A stretch of DNA of 63,966 bases, filler included, from Octopus bimaculoides (GCF_001194135.2; 4 parts of 3 records of this genome joined end to end with filler, not necessarily neighbours in it), one strand, 5' to 3'. Counted from the first letter of the whole stretch, positions 24,520 to 38,479 are shown. Made by a program: numbers and translations. Notes: generated by a model not told the origin, from the letters alone.

Positions 24520-24950
24520 ATAGTATCTCTTTCTCTCTCTATCTCTGTCATCAACTGGACACTAAGGAAGTTAGTGTGAACAATAAAGAAATTTGTGCCC
24601 ATGTGTGACCTAATGTTGAGTGAGCAAAATGACAGTGATAGAGAAGCTCTGGAGTTGGTGTCTTTCATTCAGAATATGTGGTCCCCATGCATCAAGTTTT
24701 TGGACCTTAACTATTGAGTGAAAGTGATGAGTGTTAGTATCATGGAAGCATCCCATCAGCTCGGCCAATTTCTTATTGGACTAGCAGAACTGATATTCAT
24801 TGGAGTAAATAGGTCAGCTGCTGTGACGTCAAGTTTATCTCCTTGAAGCATGACTCATGCAGATTTAGCAACTTGAAACCTTGAATGAAAGCAAACAGAA
24901 GCAGGTGTCAAAAATGATCGTTCTTTTTCCTACATGGTGCTCCACATAAG
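24520..24950 (-). mobile_element. mariner transposase remnant (N-terminal HTH region)
   Basis: Translated fragments NDHF*HLLLFAF, ELAELMGCFH and KVQKLDAWGPHILNE (WVPHEL-like). Confidence 0.7.
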
Positions 24951-24970
24951 ATGTGCAATGAAAATGTACT

Positions 24971-25153
24971 CCACATGCACACACACACACACGATGGGCT
25001 TCTTTCAGTTTCTATCTACCAAATCCATTCACAAAGCATTGGTCAGCCTGCAGTTATAGTAGAAAATACTTGCTAAAGGTGCCACACATTCAGATTGAAC
25101 CTGGAACCATGTGGTTGGGAAGCAAGCTTCTCACCACGCAGCCACACCTGCGC
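24971..25153 (-). mobile_element. SINE family A, head
   Basis: Reverse-complement head ending ...cacacctgcgcc. Confidence 0.8.
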
Positions 25154-25220
25154 CTATATATATGTGTGTGTGTATGTATGTATGTATACACATATATACA
25201 CATATACACACTCTCACACA

Positions 25221-25256
<36 letters not shown>

Positions 25257-25292
25257 TGTGTGTGAGAGTGTGTATATGTGTATATATGTGTG

Positions 25293-25379
<87 letters not shown>

Positions 25380-25804
25380 GTATATATATATATATATATA
25401 TATGTATATGCATGCACGATAATATAATGGTGATGATGCTGAACTTGACCACTGTCACCACCAGTAAACTTGATTACCTTCACTACTAACAAATTTGACA
25501 ACTGCCTCCACTGAACTCAATAATCACCGACACCAGTCCACTACCACTGAACTTGACCTCTCTCTCCACCACCACCACCACCACCAACACCTTCAAATCT
25601 AACAATACCTCATTATCACTGTAATCGACAAAGCTCCACTTCCAAATTTGACAACCAATACTGCTTCTCCACCAAACTTGTTGACCACAATCACCACCAA
25701 TTAATTTAACATCTCTCACCACTATCATTACAACCACTGAGCACCCCAAGTTATTGACCTGACTTCCTACATATCACCATTATACTTCTACTTTTCCATT
25801 TACA

Positions 25805-26075
25805 CAGGTTAGGTAAGGTTACAAGTTCAGTTCGCAGTGGCACATTGTGCCCTTGAGCAAGTTTACTTTATTTCACATTGCTCCAGTTCACTCAGCTTGC
25901 AAAAAATGAGTAGTACCTGTATTTCAAAGGGTCAGCCTTGTCACACTCTGTATCATGCTGAACCTCCCTGAGATGTGTCTATGGAGTGCTCAGTCACTTG
26001 CATGTTAATTTCACGAGCAGGTTGTTCTATTGATCAGATCAACTGGAATCCTTGTTAACCAATGGAATGCCAGTA
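25805..26075 (+). mobile_element. SINE family B (older)
   Basis: Body match atttcaaagggtcagccttgtcac. Confidence 0.7.
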
Positions 26076-26783
26076 GTATATGGATTAGGTAGCTCTTCTC
26101 CAGCATTGTGTCTTGATACTTGTTGCATTCCTTTGTTATTCCCACACCTTTCTTGATATTTCTCTTCCAAATGAGCTTTCCATTTGGATCACATGAACAC
26201 TTTTACTCATCTTTTCCTTTATATATACTTCACATGTCTATCATTCTTCTCAAGTCCTTTGCTCCTTATGAAACATATGCCATCGATGACTTTTCTTCAC
26301 CATTCTCAACTCTCTTTTGTTTCTCTCCAGGTGGATCCTTGCTTCTTCCTTTTGAATTTTGCAGCACTTAACCATATGCTTTCCTGAGGGGCAATCCTTC
26401 TTCTCCCAAGTCCTGTTGGTTTTGAATTTTCATCAATGCTTCTTTGCATTTTTGTAGATAGGAGTATGACCTTATGTAAATCTTTTTTTTTTTTACCTCT
26501 GAGAAGTGACTCATATTAGTCTGGCCTCTAATCTTTGACCTGTCCCACATGGAATGTCCTATCAGGAGCTTGCGTTCTGCTGCAATAGCCCTTGGGATCA
26601 TTGAGGTATGCAAACCACCATACCACAGCAAAAACATAAACTTTGTGGATGTCACACATCCATACCATCACAATAGTCTCTTTTGCACCCCTAGCTGATT
26701 CCTTTTATACTCAGGTATCCCTTCTGTTCCTTTGTGCTCTGTCACTATTGTTACATTACATGCTAATATTATAAATCCAGCAT

Positions 26784-27015
26784 AAGGCAGAGAGCTGGAA
26801 GAATCATTAGCATGCTGGGTAAAATGCTGAGCAGTATTTCATTTGCTGTTACGTTCTGAGTTCAAATTCCGCCAAGGTCGACTTTGCCTTTCATCCTTTC
26901 AGGGTCGATAGATTAAGTACCAGTTACGTACTGGGGTCGAAGTAATCGACTTAATCCCTTTGTCTGTCCTTGTTTGTCCCCTCTATGTTTAGCCCCTTGT
27001 GGGCAATAAAGAAAT
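26784..27015 (+). mobile_element. SINE family C
   Basis: gagctggaagaatcattagc..gagttcaaattccgcc..ggtcgactttgcctttcatcc. Confidence 0.8.
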
Positions 27016-27544
27016 AAGAAACTGAAAGAAGCCTGTCATATGTGTGTGTGGGGGTGGGGGTGCGTGTATGTGTGTGTGTGTTTGTGTGTCTGTGTTTGTC
27101 CGGTCACCACTGTATGACGGCCAGTGCTGGATTATTTACATTCCCATAACTTAGCAGTTCAGCAAAAGATGCTGATCAAATAAGTACCAGGCTTTAAAAA
27201 ATAACTACTGAGGTCAATACATTCGACTAAAAATTCTTCATGGTGGTGCCCCAGCATGGCCTCAGTCTAATGACTGAAACATGTAAAATTTCAAAGATGT
27301 CTTATATATGTAATAGTTAAATTATATATTATGCTCTTTGTTGTGTTTTATTATAATTGTGATCCTCAGGACCATGGCAAAACTGTTTAGCATGCAAAAA
27401 GGTTAAGGTTAAGTCCATGATGCAAAAAGATTAAGGATTGCTGACCTAAATAACAGAAGCTGTCAAATAGTTCTAAGATTCTAGAGCATTTGAAGGGTGG
27501 TCTTATTGCTAACTATTTCTGTGCAACTGCTACATGAAAAGTCT

Positions 27545-27940
27545 TTTGTGTGATAAGAAGCTTATTTCCCAATCACATGGTTCTGGGTTCAGTACCAGTG
27601 CATGATAGCTTGGGTAATTGTCCTCGGGCTGACCAAAGCCTTGTGAGTGGATTTGGTAGATGGAAACTGAAAGAAGCACATCATATATATGTATATATGT
27701 CTATATTTATATGTGTGTGTCTGTGTTTGTTCCTCACCACTGCTTGACAACTGGTGTTGGTGTGTTTATGTCCCTGTAACTTAGCGGTTCGGCAAAAGAG
27801 ACTGGTAGAATAAATACCAGGCTTAACAAAAAAAATAAGTACTGAAGTCTATTCCTTCAACTAAAAGAATTGTTCAATGTGATGCCCCAGCATGGCCGCA
27901 GTCTAATGACTGAAACAAGCAAAAAGTAAAAGGTAAAAGA
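27545..27940 (+). mobile_element. SINE family A
   Basis: Match to family A head and tail. Confidence 0.8.
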
Positions 27941-28479
27941 CCATATGTGATCCCACAGCATATCTTGTGTATCCTTAGTTTATCCAAGATATACAGTATA
28001 ATGTTCTTGTCTATTTCTTTTCTTCATATTTAACAAGGCCACTTTCTAGATGGCGATAGATTCTTGTAGTCTTACTTGTTAACTGAAACTTTTCTCATTT
28101 CCTTGACTTTTCTTCCATGATTTGAAATTTCCTTACTTATTCTTTAACAAATTCAGCTATGAGAACTAGGTCATCAGCACACAGAAGTTTCCAGACAACC
28201 AGTCTTAATCTCCTTCTCATAAGTAAGGTTGTTGTTGTATGACCATAGGTTGACCAGGGCTACCAAACCAAACCAAACCAAACAGCCATACCAATATATA
28301 AAAAAATATTATTATAAAATTGACAATAGTAGAGAAGGAAGTGCTATTGTGTGTGTCTGTGTGCACACATGTGCATTTATGTGTTTACATGAGTGTGTAT
28401 GAGAGAGAGTGATAGAGGGAACATTGTTTAATAATATATAAAAATATTGATATTATTGATTTTAGTTTCCTTTTGCAGA

Positions 28480-28870
28480 TAAAATTGAGTTAGGGTTACT
28501 GTGAAGTTAAAAATTGACATAAAATAAAGAGGTTTCATCTTATTCAGATATCACCAAACTGTTAATCTATTAATCATTAATTTATCTTCTGTTAACTCAA
28601 GTCAGCTTGAATTAACTTCTGTTAATTTCAATTCAATTGAAGTTAATGGATTTTATAGTTTTGGCACTTTTTAAAGGTGTTTTTAGATGGTTTTAGAGTA
28701 AAAACTGATTTTTAATTTTTTCTATGATAAAAATTAATGTTAATGGTTTATCAATAACTTCAGTTACATTAGGAAATATTTAACTGATTAATAGTTATCG
28801 AAGTTGACTTTTTGGTTAACAGATAAACGGTTAATGAAGTTAACTGTTTGATTAACAATGTCCACCTTTG
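28480..28870. mobile_element. Non-autonomous hAT-like end with gttaac repeats
   Basis: Ends TGTCCACCTTTG (rc CAAAGGTGGACA, 10/12 match to the 17323 terminus), with repeated gttaac/ttaac motifs. Confidence 0.4.
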
Positions 28871-29469
28871 GCTATCACTAATAATGTTAAAGATGGAGAA
28901 TGATCAATACATTATCTAAATTAATTTAAGATGCTGTTTTCAAATAAAGTTAAAACTCAGAAACTCTTTGTTTTCTTAATATTTTTTGTTCTTTTATGTC
29001 GTCACTTGAATTGTGTTCTTAAAAAAAAAAAAACGATCTCTTCATTGTCTCATTTTTATCTGTTTTTAAGAGTAGAAAAAGAAAGAAAAAAGTCACATTG
29101 ATTTCGTTTCTGGGTTAAGTAAGTATTATTTGCACAATCTAATTATGTTACCAATATCTCTGTGAAATACCATTAGGTTAAACTTACATACTTACATACA
29201 TACATACACACACATACATGCATACTTACATATGCATATCCATAGATAAATGCATATATACACACACATGCAAACATACATACATACATGTGTATATCAT
29301 AGACACAGACACCATACATACACTCTTGCATACTCCCCAGGGTACATTGGGAAATTCTGTTGCTCAGAACAACAAAATGAAGATTTTGAACAGTTCATTG
29401 ATAAGTTAGTGCATGTGTACTTGGCATGAAAGATGCAACCCATAAAAAGAATTAATCAGATCAAAAGCT

Positions 29470-30238
29470 CAGCATAGAGCCCTGACAAGTTTATAACATT
29501 TCACTTTGAAGGCTATCTCCATGCAATTCGAGAACAGGAGGTCCCCACGAAGTATCTATAGCATAAAAAGCAGAACAGATTGACAAGAGTACAAACGTTG
29601 GCAGCATAAAAATAAAACTGAAGACACCAACCACATTATTACCAACTGCAAGAAAATGTCTTCTAGATATTATTTTCTCATGATGCTGTGGCCAGATCAG
29701 TCTGGAATAGAACATGAAAAAGAAAATACTGACAGCTAAAGGTGATTTATTGAGTTTGATAGGTTAAAAGAATATTCATGGAAGTTAAAACTGTCACCAA
29801 TTTAAAACAAAACCAACTAGATATTGTTGTATGGGGCCACAAGAAAAAAGATACACACTGTTATGGAAATCAGTTGTCTGCTGGATACTGATGTGGTCAG
29901 AAAAAACACAAGAGAAAGAAAGCAGTTATAGATCATTAATAAGGAGTTTGAAAGTCCAGTTTCTAAGATACACTTTCAGCTTCGTACCTATAATTATTGG
30001 AATAACAGTGAAGATACTGACCCATTTGGAGCAAAGTATGGCTGAATATGAGTTCTTTGGGAGAAAATGCAACTCCTTAATTCATACACTACAAATGAGT
30101 GCAATAGCTGGGACAATAGTAATCTGCAAGACCTTCTTAAGATTTAAAGGATGATGAATAAAACAAGATGCTATCCTTCACTATTTTGCTACCAAACAGA
30201 TGACTAGTCAAGATTAACTCACAGTTGAAAAGGGAAAA

Positions 30239-30240
<2 letters not shown>
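29470..30240 (+). mobile_element. RLE-type (R4/Dong-like) non-LTR retrotransposon 3' fragment
   Basis: FEGYLHAIREQEVPTKYL, EDTNHIITNCKKMSSRYY..HDAVARSVWN (zinc-knuckle region), QLDIVVW..EISC (PD-D/E-like) and FVPIIIG. Ends at a (CA)n tract. Confidence 0.75.
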
Positions 30241-30319
<79 letters not shown>

Positions 30320-31625
30320 ACACACACATGCACGCGCATATGCATGTGTGTGTGTGTGTGTGCACAAATTTCATCTACTTTTATCTCCTTTCAAATGGAA
30401 AATCAATGTACAACATAATTTTGGAGTAGTCTACATTAATTTCAGCTCAATTTTCTAAGGACTAATTTAGTCTAACAATCAAAAAAAAAAATATTACCAA
30501 TGTAACTATTTGACAAAACATATGAGAACAATGCAGTTATACTTCATATTCAAATTATAATTGAAAGACATTGTTTATAAAGTTAAACCTGACTATTGGA
30601 CAGCTCACATTGATTGCTAGAGAAATAATGGATATTTTTATTTGCTAAAACATCACGTTTTCCACACAGTTTTGTATGAATAATTTAGTGTTTTTGTTTT
30701 GTTTTGTTTTTGTTTTTTTATTGATCTTAATGGTCTTTTAATTTGATGTAAATTCATTCTGTAATATTTATCTGTCAATACCAGGGATTTGGTAGCTAGA
30801 ATACTGCAGATTTGATTTTCTGCCAAATTAGTGAAGCTAACAAAACCTTTCATTTAAATTTTTTTGCATTTCTCATGAATGTTAACATAAGACAGCAGTT
30901 TGATTTTATACTGAACAGTAGTTGTTTCAGTTAGGATTGAAATGAAATCATAATTTTATGTATTTCAATAGTTATATTGTGAATGAATAGTTATTTAGTG
31001 TTCAATGTTCAAAATCTTATTATAAATTGAATGAAAGCAATTAAAACCAACAAGATTATCATAAAATTCTCCATGACAGCTGTAAAGGTAATAAAGCAGA
31101 CCCTCCAAACCTCAAGATTCAACTAAAAATTTCCATATTTCTACTATAAACTTGAATAATTTTCTTTGTTCTTATACCATTTAGCTAATATCTATTTTAG
31201 AAAATGTTCAGTAATTTCTATCTACCACTTATTCTAACTTATTTTCAATTTATTTTCCTTCTTCATCCTTTTCTTTGCAACTTAATTCATTTTTCAATTT
31301 ATGTGTATGTGCACCTTTTTTCCACCACACCTTTTGTAATTCTCCTTCCCACATCTAATTTTCTTTTCTCTCTCGTTCCATCATGCCTGACTACAAATCT
31401 TTCCAACTCACTCTCCACAACCGCCTAAAACTATACCTCCGCACACTTCCCTCTCTATACTTTCAACCTACTATACGACTCTCCTTACTCATATTCAAGA
31501 AGACTCGTTTCTCTAGTCATATTACNNNNNNNNNNNNNNNNNNNNNNNNNNNNNNNNNNNNNNNNNNNNTTAATTAATTAANNNNNNNNNNNNNNNNNNN
31601 NNNNNNNNNNNNNNNNNNNNNNNNN

Positions 31626-31750
31626 GAGGTCGACTTTGCTTTTCATCCCTTCGGGGTCGATAAATCAAGTACCAGTTGCGTACTGGGGTCGATCTAATAG
31701 ACTGGCCCCCTCCCCCAAAATTTCAGGCCTTGTGCTTAGAGTAGAAAAGA
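31626..31750 (+). mobile_element. SINE family C, 3' part
   Basis: gaggtcgactttgcttttcatcccttcggggtcgat. Confidence 0.75.
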
Positions 31751-32206
31751 ATACATATATATTATAAATATATATATTTATAATATATATATTTATAGTA
31801 TATATATATTATATATATTTATAATATATATATATATAGAGAGAGAGAGGGAGTTGGACAGACAGAGTGGCAAAGAAAGAGAGTGCGCTAGTAATACATT
31901 AACAGTTTTTTAGCAAGTATATTTTAATTCTTCAAGTACACCTGTTTGATTTTGTGAACTATATAAAAGATGATAATGTCTTCCAAAAATTCTGAGGTTG
32001 CAGAGATTCCACCTATATTATGAAGATAACATTAGTGCAGATTTCGAGATATATCAGTGACTATGCCTACGCTAACCTATTTTACATGTTTAATTGTGTA
32101 AACACAAACTCACTAAACAATACAATATCATCTTCAACATATGGGAAATATATAAGCGTGCCCGAACACTTATATATATATATATATATATGTGTGNNNN
32201 NNNNNN

Positions 32207-32247
<41 letters not shown>

Positions 32248-32839
32248 ATGTATGTCCGTGTGTGTTGTGTGTTTATATATGTGTATATATATACATATAT
32301 ACTGACATATATGTTGTTGTTGATGTTGAGATCCAGGTCAGACCCGATTATGTAAACATTTTATCGTCAAAGGCTTTTAAAACGGGATAATCCCATTTAA
32401 GGTATAGCGAATCCACAATATACTCTACATTCTTTATTAATTTTGGCTAACACTGTCAATCAAGTGATCTCATTGGAATTATCTCCCTTAGTCGTTTTTA
32501 GAATTTAAACATCCCGAGGCAGAGTTTTCATGTATTAATCGCTTGAATAAGATTCTCTTAATTGGACGGGGTTTTTTTTTTTCAACACATTATTTTACAT
32601 AGGCTCTCTAAAAACATCAAAGTGACATTACATAATATTACTTTGTTAAGGTTATCTCTCCAGACATTCTATAGAAATACTATAGAATATCTGTAGAGAT
32701 AGCTTTAACAAGTGATGTAAAACGCACTGCTAGCACAGTAGAACACGGTGTTGACTTATAAATACGTTTAATTCACGGCTAATAATGGCTCAAGCTTACG
32801 TATCTAAGTAACGGTGAATATTGGTTTCAAAGTTTGGCA

Positions 32840-33035
32840 CAAGGCCAGCAAGTTCGGGGAGGGAGAGAGTTGATTACACCACCCTCAGGGCTCAGCTGGC
32901 CCTTCTTTTATCGACCTCGATAGGGTGAAAAGCAAAGTCAAGTTCAGTGGAATTTGAATTCAGAACGTAAAGACGGACGATATGTCGTTAAGCATTTCGT
33001 CCGGCGTGCTAACTCTTCAACTAGCTCGCCGCTTT
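32840..33035 (-). mobile_element. SINE family C
   Basis: Reverse-complement match, CpGs retained. Confidence 0.75.
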
Positions 33036-35149
33036 AAGTAACGATAAATATTACCAAGTTTGTCCTCTATAAACACAAGACGGAAGTATTTGTTCATGAA
33101 GAATTGGCTGCTGTTTCTAGCATGTCAATCCACCATGTAGAGAACTCTTGGCTGGCTGTATAATATAACCAAATATAACCAGTTGTTCATAGCTGTTGAT
33201 ACTATTTGTTATAAAAGTCTTCATGCTTTTACCGTTTCCTTTAGTTCTTTCTTTTAAGATTCTTTTTATTGTTGTAGTCAGCGTGGCTAAGATTATCCTA
33301 GAGTACTGCCTTCAGTGCAACTTATTTTATAGGTAAATATTTGTAGAGGAACTAATAAACAATAACTTGTTATGTACAACTGCTGGATTCATGAAAATGT
33401 TTTATAAATTATAGCTTACAGCTGTTGCCAAGTAATAATTTGTATACAAAATATAGTTTTAACGATGTTTTTGTGTTAGATAAGTAGCTGCTTTTTTTCA
33501 AAGTTTACCATGTTTTGAGCGTCTCAACTCTGCTTTTTTTCTACTTTAGATTCTATTGTCTTTTAGGAGTGACACATGTCATCCATAAGCATTTTTTCAC
33601 CATCATATACTGAGCAAGCAATTATACAAATAAACCTTTGATCTATGGGCAAATTTGATCAAGACAAGTATTGAAATATATTCTACCTAACGCTACTTAT
33701 CACAATTTTATTTCATTTACACACCAAGTGTGATACAGTTAACCATGTGGACGTATATGTGGATACACGATTAAATGGCTTGCTTCCTAATCACATGGTT
33801 TTAAATTTGGCCCCAGTGTCTTTTACTCTAGCCTTGCACTGATCAATATTTTGTGAGTTTGGTAGGCGATCAATGACGATCAATGCTTTGTGATTTTTAA
33901 AATAAAACCAGTTTCGATGTATCCATCGCTTACTGTAAACAAAACAACGCCTGTTGTTAAGCGGTGAGGAAGACACGCAAACACACTCTCACACACTTGT
34001 TCAATGTACCACGCATTGGGACTGAACGCCAAGCCATCTGGTTGCAAAGCGAGCCGCCTAACCACATGACCGTGTAGCTAAAGAAAACCTTGCGTTTGAA
34101 TATCAATTCAATGGTTTAAAAAATAACAGTTTACTTAGAAATCGTGCATGATTTTGTCTTTGGGGGGCATTGTTTAAACCGGTTCAGACTAGGTTTCTTA
34201 CTATAGATTCTACAGAATAGTGCATTACCATAGATCATATTCCTGACCTTTCTTGAGAAAGGTCATAGCATGTTTCACGCTATTTTGATGTTTAGCCTGT
34301 TAGGTGAGGTTTGAGACTTGCACAGAAGGAGAAAATGAATAACAGGAAAACATTACTAGAGGTGTAATTAGTGTAGAAGTTTAAACTTTGGTATTAAGGT
34401 GTATGCGTTCAAGCACACGTGAGCGAAAGCACGAACACAGACACAGAGACAGCCGTATTTACAGAGACGTACTCACAACTATATGTATGGCACTAACTGG
34501 CGATTACAATATTGGCGTGTTATGAAAATTAGGTCTAATAACGAATAATATCTCATCTATACAATCACAAACCACACACATACATACATACATACATACA
34601 TACAACAGACATGCACACATACATACTTGCAAACTTCATACATACATACATGCATACATCATACATGCACATACATACATACATACTTGCATGCATACAT
34701 GCATACATTCATACGTGTACATGTGCATTGAAACACACATACACACACACACACTCACACACACACATACAATCATACGTTGAGAGTATATTCATTATAC
34801 GCAGTTGATTCTTTTGTGACGCTACTCAGATTCTCATGGCACACACATTTCGTCTGCTAGTGTTGTTTGTGCAAAAACGAAGCTTTTGAAAATAATTAAG
34901 ATGNNNNNNNNNNNNNNNNNNNNNNNNNNNNNNNNNNNNNNNNNNNNNNNNNNNNNNNNNNNNNNNNNNNNNNNNNNNNNNNNNNNNNNNNNNNNNNNNN
35001 NNNNNNNNNNNNNNNNNNNNNNNNNNNNNNNNNNNNNNNNNNNNNNNNNNNNNNNNNNNNNNNNNNNNNNNNNNNNNNNNNNNNNNNNNNNNNNNNNNNN
35101 NNNNNNNNNNNNNNNNNNNNNNNNNNNNNNNNNNNNNNNNNNNNNNNNN

Positions 35150-35187
<38 letters not shown>

Positions 35188-35728
35188 ATACACATTCGCA
35201 CAAACACACAAACACGATTTTATGACATGGTGCTTAAGCACGTGAAGTAACTATAATTATTAAAGATCAAATTTCATAAAATTCATCCTGTCGAATCATA
35301 ATTACATTATTATATAATTATATAAGTATGGTTGTTACGATGGCACGTAAGAGTTATTGAAACAGTTGTAGGGATGAATATCATTAAATATTTGTTATTG
35401 GCTTCCTTTTTTCTGTCAAATATACTTACATGCGTATACACACGCACGTGCACTTTCATGCACACACACATTCCTTTACATCTTCCATCCATAGGAATAC
35501 AGTTAAACTGGCTCACAAACTTCAAGAATTTAGCGGAATATCTTGGTTCTAGTACTTACTTAAGGTTGCTACATATTTTAACAATCTATATGTTGTCAAA
35601 TAGCTAAGGTACACTAAGAGAATACAAGTTACATCGTTTGAAATGAGACCAGTTTTTACACGTGTCCAGACAACAAGGCCATAGATACACACATATATTA
35701 TACATACTTACACGCAAACATACATGCA

Positions 35729-35819
<91 letters not shown>

Positions 35820-35932
35820 ATATATATACCGGAGTAAGCACATAAATATGAAACAAGGTAGAAAAATAGAGTACTCAAATACCAGAGGTAGAGTAATATG
35901 CTTTATTTAAAAGCAGCAGAAATATAACAAAA

Positions 35933-35972
35933 CTTGTCCGACGAACGGGAGCGTGAAACTCTGAGTAAACAG
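35933..35972 (+). ncRNA. Hammerhead-like motif with U4C variant
   Basis: CTTGT-CCGACGA-ACG-GGAG-CGT-GAAAC-TCTGA-GTA-AACAG, with an imperfect stem I. Confidence 0.4.
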
Positions 35973-36236
35973 GGACAACTGACTTAGGGGTATACTCTTT
36001 ATGTTGCATGTCTCGTTTCTGTTTGTTTTTTTCGTTGTTCGAAAAAAGTTCGTTTTCTGTTTTCGTTTCTCATTGTGTTTAACGTTTTAATTTGATGTCC
36101 TGTAACCATATATGCATGTATGTATACATATAGATGTAGGTATGTACATATATGTATGGATATATGCATATATTTATATATTATTTATATTATTATATTA
36201 TCGAACGCCACGCAACCTTTTCCAAGTAAGTTTTAT

Positions 36237-36340
<104 letters not shown>

Positions 36341-37469
36341 TTGCTGCTGTCATTGAATGACGGCCGCGCTGGGGCCAAGACGAGAAGTAACTGAAGAAAT
36401 GTTTTGCACCACTTCACAATTCGAGATCGGACATCAATCAAGTTTGTAAAATGCACAATTACAACACCAAGAGCTTAAACACTGTCGCTGTAGCCTAATT
36501 CAGTCTTTAAATTTGTAACTGAGGCTGATTCTCATAGCAGAAATGAAAACAGAGTATCTAGCCACTAAAACTGAAATCGTAAAGAATATTACATATAAAA
36601 GTGCACACCAAGAAGTGATTGCAATTTGAGTTGAGCCGTAAAGAGCAATCAACCAGATTATCGCCAGTTGCCCTGTTTTATCAAAAAGATATAGATATGT
36701 ATAAAGCTATACCAGTTTGTAACTGTACACCGAAAACAGTGCCAATGTATTAAATAGGCAAAACACATGAAAAAATATCAGCAATAAATGTAACAGATGG
36801 TACAAGAAATATACCATTAAGAAAAAATAAAACCCTCTGATAGAGTAATCATCTGGATACATCAGATAAAGACAGAAAACTCGTCTACCATTGATAAGTG
36901 CCACGGGAGCCTGTTTTATAGACGCTTCAACTGAAGCAGATGTAAATATAACCTTCAACAAACTGGGGCAAAATTTGTAACGGTACGAAGACCGAGCATT
37001 TAAAATGCTTTTCCTTACTGCTGTCTATAATTGGTGCGCATGCATATATATATATATATATATATATATANNNNNNNNNNNNNNNNNNNNNNNNNNNNNN
37101 NNNNNNNNNNNNNNNNNNNNNNNNNNNNNNNNNNNNNNNNNNNNNNNNNNNNNNNNNNNNNNNNNNNNNNNNNNNNNNNNNNNNNNNNNNNNNNNNNNNN
37201 NNNNNNNNNNNNNNNNNNNNNNNNNNNNNNNNNNNNNNNNNNNNNNNNNNNNNNNNNNNNNNNNNNNNNNNNNNNNNNNNNNNNNNNNNNNNNNNNNNNN
37301 NNNNNNNNNNNNNNNNNNNNNNNNNNNNNNNNNNNNNNNNNNNNNNNNNNNNNNNNNNNNNNNNNNNNNNNNNNNNNNNAAGTGGACATTTAATGTGCTA
37401 GAAGATCACAACATGTGATCTTCTTCTAGCACATTAAATGTCCACTTTAGTGGTCATCGTTATATATAA

Positions 37470-37524
<55 letters not shown>

Positions 37525-37596
37525 TCAACTTACGTTGAAAGTTAACAATCAAAGTTTGCTTTAGAAGCATTGAGATGTATTGAAAGATACGGATAA

Positions 37597-37924
37597 GGAA
37601 ATAATTTTATTCTCAAACGCAGGATACTGCTAATGATATAGTATGAACATGAGAAACTATCTATATTTTGCAGAAAAATCTGTCGGCGGCCAGCCATGAG
37701 ACTCGAACTCACATCCCTGTGATTACGCGTCAAGTGCTTTATCATTAATCTAAACTGCTCGAACAGCTCTTCTTTTAATGGTAAAGCATTTGACGCGTAA
37801 TCACAGGGATGAGTTCGAGTCTCGTGGCTGACCGCCGAGAGATTTTTCTGCAAAATATGGATAACTTATCCAGTTCGTGTTATATTACAAGCATTATCTT
37901 GCGTTTGAGAATAAAATTATTTCC
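37597..37924. repeat. Head-to-head palindrome of two tRNA-derived SINE heads
   Basis: ~150-bp arms, 26-nt spacer. Each arm has A-box (taatggtaaag) and B-box (gagttcgagtc) and a cgcgtaa anticodon-like loop. Confidence 0.8.
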
Positions 37925-38260
37925 TCACCTGTATCTTATAGATACAGATTTTTACAGTTTCAGTGACGGATTGGGTCTGTAGCTTTCGAATTAATTTTCT
38001 TCTTTCTGGCTTTGAGAAGCCTAATTTCTCAAAATTAATATCTAAGCTGTGTGTTACGCATCCAGTTGCCCCCATGATTACAGGTATAAACCTGAACTTC
38101 TAATCTAGATAGAATAACTGCAGATTTCTCAATAGTTCAGTTCAACGTAGGTGTTCTCTTTTTCTCTGATCTTCAGCTTTATGCTAACATCCGTTGGGCA
38201 TCTAGTTTCCACAACTGTGCACAGTTTCTCTTCTCTATCCCAAATCATTATATCCGGTCA

Positions 38261-38291
<31 letters not shown>

Positions 38292-38479
38292 CGTACGTAT
38301 GTATGTATGTATGTATGCATGTATGTTAATACGAAAAGGTAATATTTATCTCTCACTTAAAGAGGTTATTGTACTACGAGAACGCAGAATACTGCGTCAT
38401 TTCCCATGGAAGGATGTCTCATTTTGACTTGTAGTGGAAGCCCAAGGAAGGGCGAAATCACATGATCTGGCAATTCCGG

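Noticed and set aside
24765-24860. CCAAT pair, CRE (TGACGTCA) and ATGACTCAT cluster that looks like an enhancer
   Set aside because: Falls inside the mariner transposase remnant, so the motifs are explained by its coding sequence.
17323-28870. Single 11.5-kb hAT defined by the 17323 and 28870 termini
   Set aside because: No matching 8-bp TSD (tacataca vs gctatcac) and different subterminal repeats.
37775-37835. Functional tRNA-Thr(CGT) gene
   Set aside because: Mismatched anticodon stem, G at position 33, and embedded in a longer repeated element: a SINE head rather than a tRNA gene.
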